Notes under the pieces: model-generated
What the model was told of the DNA's origin: nothing
The model's database searches: none
The model's input: the letters and a program-made list of their open reading frames with translations, nothing else
Shown: in pieces, positions 59,037 through 64,000 of the stretch
How positions within the stretch are numbered: position 1 is the first letter of the stretch
How the letters are laid out: each line of letters starts with the position of its first letter
NCBI GenBank assembly: GCA_964016885.1
Contig: OZ024744.1
Coordinates: 113,770,001-113,834,000, forward strand
DNA length: 64,000 nucleotides
Source: Eledone cirrhosa
Lineage: Eukaryota
Reading direction: 5' to 3'
Made by a program: the position numbers and the translations under genes

Positions 59037-59185
59037 ATCATAATTTTCTGTAAGAACCTTTGTTAAGTTATGTTTCAACCACCAACATAATAATGAGAAA
59101 GTTATATTATCAAATTACTCCAAATTCTTGACATTAACAACTTATGTGTCTGTCTGTCTGTCTCTCTCTATATATATATACATAC

Positions 59186-59440
59186 ACAGAGTCAAATGTG
59201 ATAAATGTAACAACTTCTATATAGGTAGCACCACCAGACACCTACACACCAGCATTAAGGAACACATTAACACTAACGCTTCCTCATTCAAGAAACACTT
59301 AGAGAAATACAAAAACACCACAAAAAAAAAAAAAAATAATAATAATAACAGTTAAGATTGTAAGAAAAGAAAGAAACCTCAGCAATGTCAGAATAATCAC
59401 CTGCAAAACAGTCATAGACTAGAGTTAAACACACTACACT
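59186..59440 (+). pseudogene. Penelope-like element GIY-YIG endonuclease remnant
   Basis: Translation VKCDKCNNFYIGSTTRHLHTSIKEH fits the Penelope pattern CxxC-xxx-YIGxTxRxLxxRxxEH, with R changed to S. The frame is broken in the A-run near 59325. Confidence 0.75.
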
Positions 59441-59729
59441 GAACTTAGAAAGACACTGGACTCTACACATAGGCCCGCATAAGAGCACATTATCGATCCA
59501 GGAGAAATTGTGTATATGCATTCATGTGTTTACACGATTCTACCTGTGTGTATTTACACACACACACATGTATGCATGTGTTAATATATGTGTAAGCAGG
59601 TATTAATATATGTGTGTCTAAGTGGATTTAAAGGGAAACAACTCTGCATCCCATTTGACCTGCCTAGACCTTAATTTTAAAACAAAAGAGTTTAGAAAAA
59701 AAATTAAAAAAAAAAACATTTCTGGCCAG

Positions 59730-60657
59730 CACAAGTGATGTAGTGGGATTGCAGGCAGGCTAACAGAAAAGATGATTTTACATGCAGCAGAAGCACTGAG
59801 TACAAAGAGCACCCAGATCGTCAGCCTAGAGAAGTTCCCATGGGCAGCCAGTCTTAAACTCCTCTGTTATGGCTTGGAGGACTATAATGAACAAGAGCGG
59901 GCTGAGGACCGAACCCTGATGTACTCCTACTTGTATCTGGAATTCCTTACTAAACTCCATACCTACTCTCACTTTACTGACAGCACCTCTGTACAAAGCT
60001 TGCACTGTCCTCACAAGCCATTCCTCTACACCTAGTTTCCTTAGGGACCACCAGATGATAGATCTGGGTACCCTATCAAAGGCCTTCTCTAGGTCAACAA
60101 AAGCTAAGTATAGTGGCTTATTCTTCTCTAAGAACCTCTCTTGTAGTTGCCTCACTAAGAAGAGGGCATCTGCTGTACTTGTCCCAGGCTCAAAACCAAA
60201 CTGCATCTCATCTTTCTATAATCAGTTGCGCTAATATTCTCTCTGCCACTTTCATAACCTGATCCATCAACTTTATGCCCCTATAATTGCTCCTCTCCAG
60301 AGCATCCCCTTTACCTTTGTAGCAATTTATGAGAATACTGCTGCACCAGTCTTTGGGTATAACACCGCCATATATAGCCTGATTGATGATGCGTGACACT
60401 AAGTACGCCGGCATCATTCCGGACACACTTATCTCCAACAACATCCTGATTTGCATTGACACACTCACTGCCTTGCAATGTGGAACACCGCACGTCTCTG
60501 ACCTTCCCGTCTCAGAACATTGGCAAACCTCCTACTCTCAGCCTCCCTGTGTGCTAAGTACACCTAACGTCTACCTTCCCTACTCCCACCATTTTTCCAA
60601 GCCATCCATGCCAGTCTTTTGTCTCTAATGGCCCTATCTACCGTTCTGTTCCACCAT
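59730..60657 (-). mobile_element. Rearranged RTE fragment (copy 4): minus-strand RT piece 59829-60657 plus a short plus-strand piece at about 59730-59795
   Basis: Minus strand: IPKDWCSS, NYRGIKL, QFGF, DLEKAFDRV, GVHQGSVLSP, GCPWELL. Plus strand: CACAAGTGATGTAGTGGGAT... matches the HKRCSG segment at 54595-54660. Confidence 0.85.
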
Positions 60658-63600
60658 CAGAATATATACACCTCTACAGAATATATATGCCTATATAGAA
60701 TATATATACCTCCACAGAATATTGCCATATATACCTATAGGGAATATATACACCTCTACACAATATATATACTTCCACAGAATATTGCCATATATACCTC
60801 TACAGAATATATATACCTATATAGAATATATATACCTCCACAGAATATATATACCTATATAGAATATATATACCTCCACAGAATATTGCCATATATACCT
60901 ATAGGGAATATATACACCTCTACAGAATATATATACCTCTACACAATATATATACTTCTACACAATATATATACTTCTACACAATATATATACCTCCACA
61001 GAATATTGCCATATATACCTATAGGGAATATATATACCTCTACAGAATATATATACCTATATAGAATATATATACCTCCACAGAATATTGCCATATATAC
61101 CTATAGGGAATATATACACCTCTACACAATATATATACTTCTACACAATATATATACCTCCACAGAATATTGCCATATATACCTATAGGGAATATATATA
61201 CCTATAGGGAATATATATACCTCTACAGAATATATATACTTCTACACAATATATATACCTCCACAGAATATTGCCATATATACCTATAGGGAATATATAC
61301 ACCTCTACACAATATATATACTTCTACACAATATATATACCTCCACAGAATATTGCCATATATACCTATAGGGAATATATACACCTCTACAGAATATATA
61401 TACTTCTACACAATATATATACCTCCACAGAATATTGCCATATATACCTATAGGGAATATATACACCTCTACACAATATATATACCTCTACACAATATAT
61501 ATACTTCTACACAATATATATACCTATAGGGAATATATATACCTCTACAGAATATATATACCTATATAGAATATATATACCTCCACAGAATATTGCCATA
61601 TATACCTATAGGGAATATATACACCTCTACAGAATATATACACCTCTACACAATATATATACTTCTACACAATATATATACCTCCACAGAATATTGCCAT
61701 ATATACCTATAGGGAATATATACACCTCTACAGAATATATATACTTCTACACAATATATATACCTCCACAGAATATTGCCATATATACCTATAGGGAATA
61801 TATATACCTCTACAGAATATATATACCTCTACAGAATATATATACCTCTACAGAATATATACACCTCTACAGAATATATATACTTCTACACAATATATAT
61901 ACCTCCACAGAATATTGCCATATATACCTATAGGGAATATATACACCTCTACACAATATATATACTTCCACAGAATATTGCCATATATACCTATAGGGAA
62001 TATATACACCTCTACACAATATATATACTTCTACACAATATATATACCTCCACAGAATATTGCCATATATACCTATAGGGAATATATATACCTCTACACA
62101 ATATATATACTTCCACAGAATATTGCCATATATACCTATAGGGAATATATACACCTCTACACAATATATATACCTCTACACAATATATATACCTCTACAC
62201 AATATATATACTTCTATACAATATATATACCTATAGGGAATATATATACCTCTACAGAATATATATACCTATATAGAATATATATACCTCCACAGAATAT
62301 TGCCATATATACCTATAGGGAATATATACACCTCTACAGAATATATACACCTCTACACAATATATATACTTCTACACAATATATATACTTCTACACAATA
62401 TATATACCTCCACAGAATATTGCCATATATACCTATAGGGAATATATACACCTCTACAGAATATATACACCTCTACACAATATATATACTTCTACACAAT
62501 ATATACACCTCTACACAATATATAGACCTCCACAGAATATTGCCATATATACCTATAGGGAATATATACACCTCTACACAATATATATACTTCTACACAA
62601 TATATATACCTCCACAGAATATTGCCATATATACCTATAGGGAATATATACACCTCTACACAATATATACACCTCTACAGAATATATATACCTCCACAGA
62701 ATATTGCCATATATACCTATAGGGAATATATATACCTATAGGGAATATATATACCTCTACAGAATATATATACTTCTACACAATATATATACCTCCACAG
62801 AATATTGCCATATATACCTATAGGGAATATATACACCTCTACACAATATATATACTTCTACACAATATATATACCTCCACAGAATATTGCCATATATACC
62901 TATAGGGAATATATACACCTCTACAGAATATATATACTTCTACACAATATATATACCTCCACAGAATATTGCCATATATACCTATAGGGAATATATATAC
63001 CTCTACACAATATATATACCTCTACACAATATATATACTTCTACACAATATATATACCTATAGGGAATATATATACCTCTACAGAATATATATACCTATA
63101 TAGAATATATATACCTCCACAGAATATTGCCATATATACCTATAGGGAATATATACACCTCTACAGAATATATACACCTCTACACAATATATATACTTCT
63201 ACACAATATATATACCTCCACAGAATATTGCCATATATACCTATAGAGAATATATACACCTCTACAGAATATATATACTTCTACACAATATATATACCTC
63301 CACAGAATATTGCCATATATACCTATAGGGAATATATATACCTCTACGGAATATATATACCTCTACAGAATATATATACCTCTACAGAATATATACACCT
63401 CTACAGAATATATATACTTCTACACAATATATATACCTCCACAGAATATTGCCATATATACCTATAGGGAATATATACACCTCTACACAATATATATACT
63501 TCCACAGAATATTGCCATATATACCTATAGGGAATATATACACCTCTACACAATATATATACTTCTACACAATATATATACCTCCACAGAATATTGCCAT

Positions 63601-64000
63601 ATATACCTATAGGGAATATATATACCTCTACACAATATATATACTTCCACAGAATATTGCCATATATACCTATAGGGAATATATACACCTCTACACAATA
63701 TATATACCTCTACACAATATATATACCTCTACACAATATATATACTTCTACACAATATATATACCTCCACAGAATATTGCCATATATACCTATAGGGAAT
63801 ATATATACCTCTACAGAATATATATACCTATATAGAATATATATACCTCCACAGAATATTGCCATATATACCTATAGGGAATATATACACCTCTACACAA
63901 TATATATACTTCTACACAATATATATACCTCCACAGAATATTGCCATATATACCTATAGGGAATATATATACCTATAGGGAATATATATACCTCTACAGA
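60658..64000. repeat. Composite satellite of 19-bp and 25-bp related subunits with a 1534-bp higher-order period; open at the window end
   Basis: Subunits are CTCTACAGAATATATATAC, TTCTACACAATATATATAC and CTATAGGGAATATATACAC (19 bp) and CTCCACAGAATATTGCCATATATAC (25 bp). Matching ORF-track entries recur 1534 bp apart (61271/62805, 61694/63228, 61776/63310, 61915/63449). Confidence 0.95.

Noticed and set aside
41220-60035. Assorted 60-140 aa ORFs between and antisense to the retroelements
   Set aside because: They are antisense or alternate-frame shadows of LINE ORFs, or microsatellite translations, with no recognisable domain or supported exon structure. Small host exons cannot be excluded by eye.
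60619-63959. Tyr/Ile-rich ORFs (MPYIPIGNIYTST...)
   Set aside because: They are translations of the 19/25-bp satellite, whose unit lengths are not multiples of three.

Overview
Gene-free, repeat-saturated animal DNA. The SINE/RTE/(TA)n make-up resembles a cephalopod such as Octopus, but that is inference and was not verified. Positions 1-37.5 kb are one 27-bp satellite with nested higher-order duplications; its very long ORFs are by-products of the repeat unit. It is followed by a 48-bp minisatellite that matches an RTE LINE 3' UTR segment, and a 43-bp satellite. Positions 42-60.7 kb are a retroelement cluster: four decayed RTE LINEs, several RTE 3' tails, a tRNA-derived SINE with an RTE tail, a CR1-type LINE fragment, a probable solo LTR and a Penelope-like GIY-YIG remnant. 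A composite 19/25-bp satellite with a 1534-bp higher-order period runs from 60.7 kb to the end. The most interesting signal is three unrelated minimal type-I hammerhead ribozyme motifs. One has an intact core (55784-55838). Two sit inside (TA)n-flanked fold-back palindromes that place the motif on both strands. No intact host protein-coding gene is supported. All alignments were done by eye.
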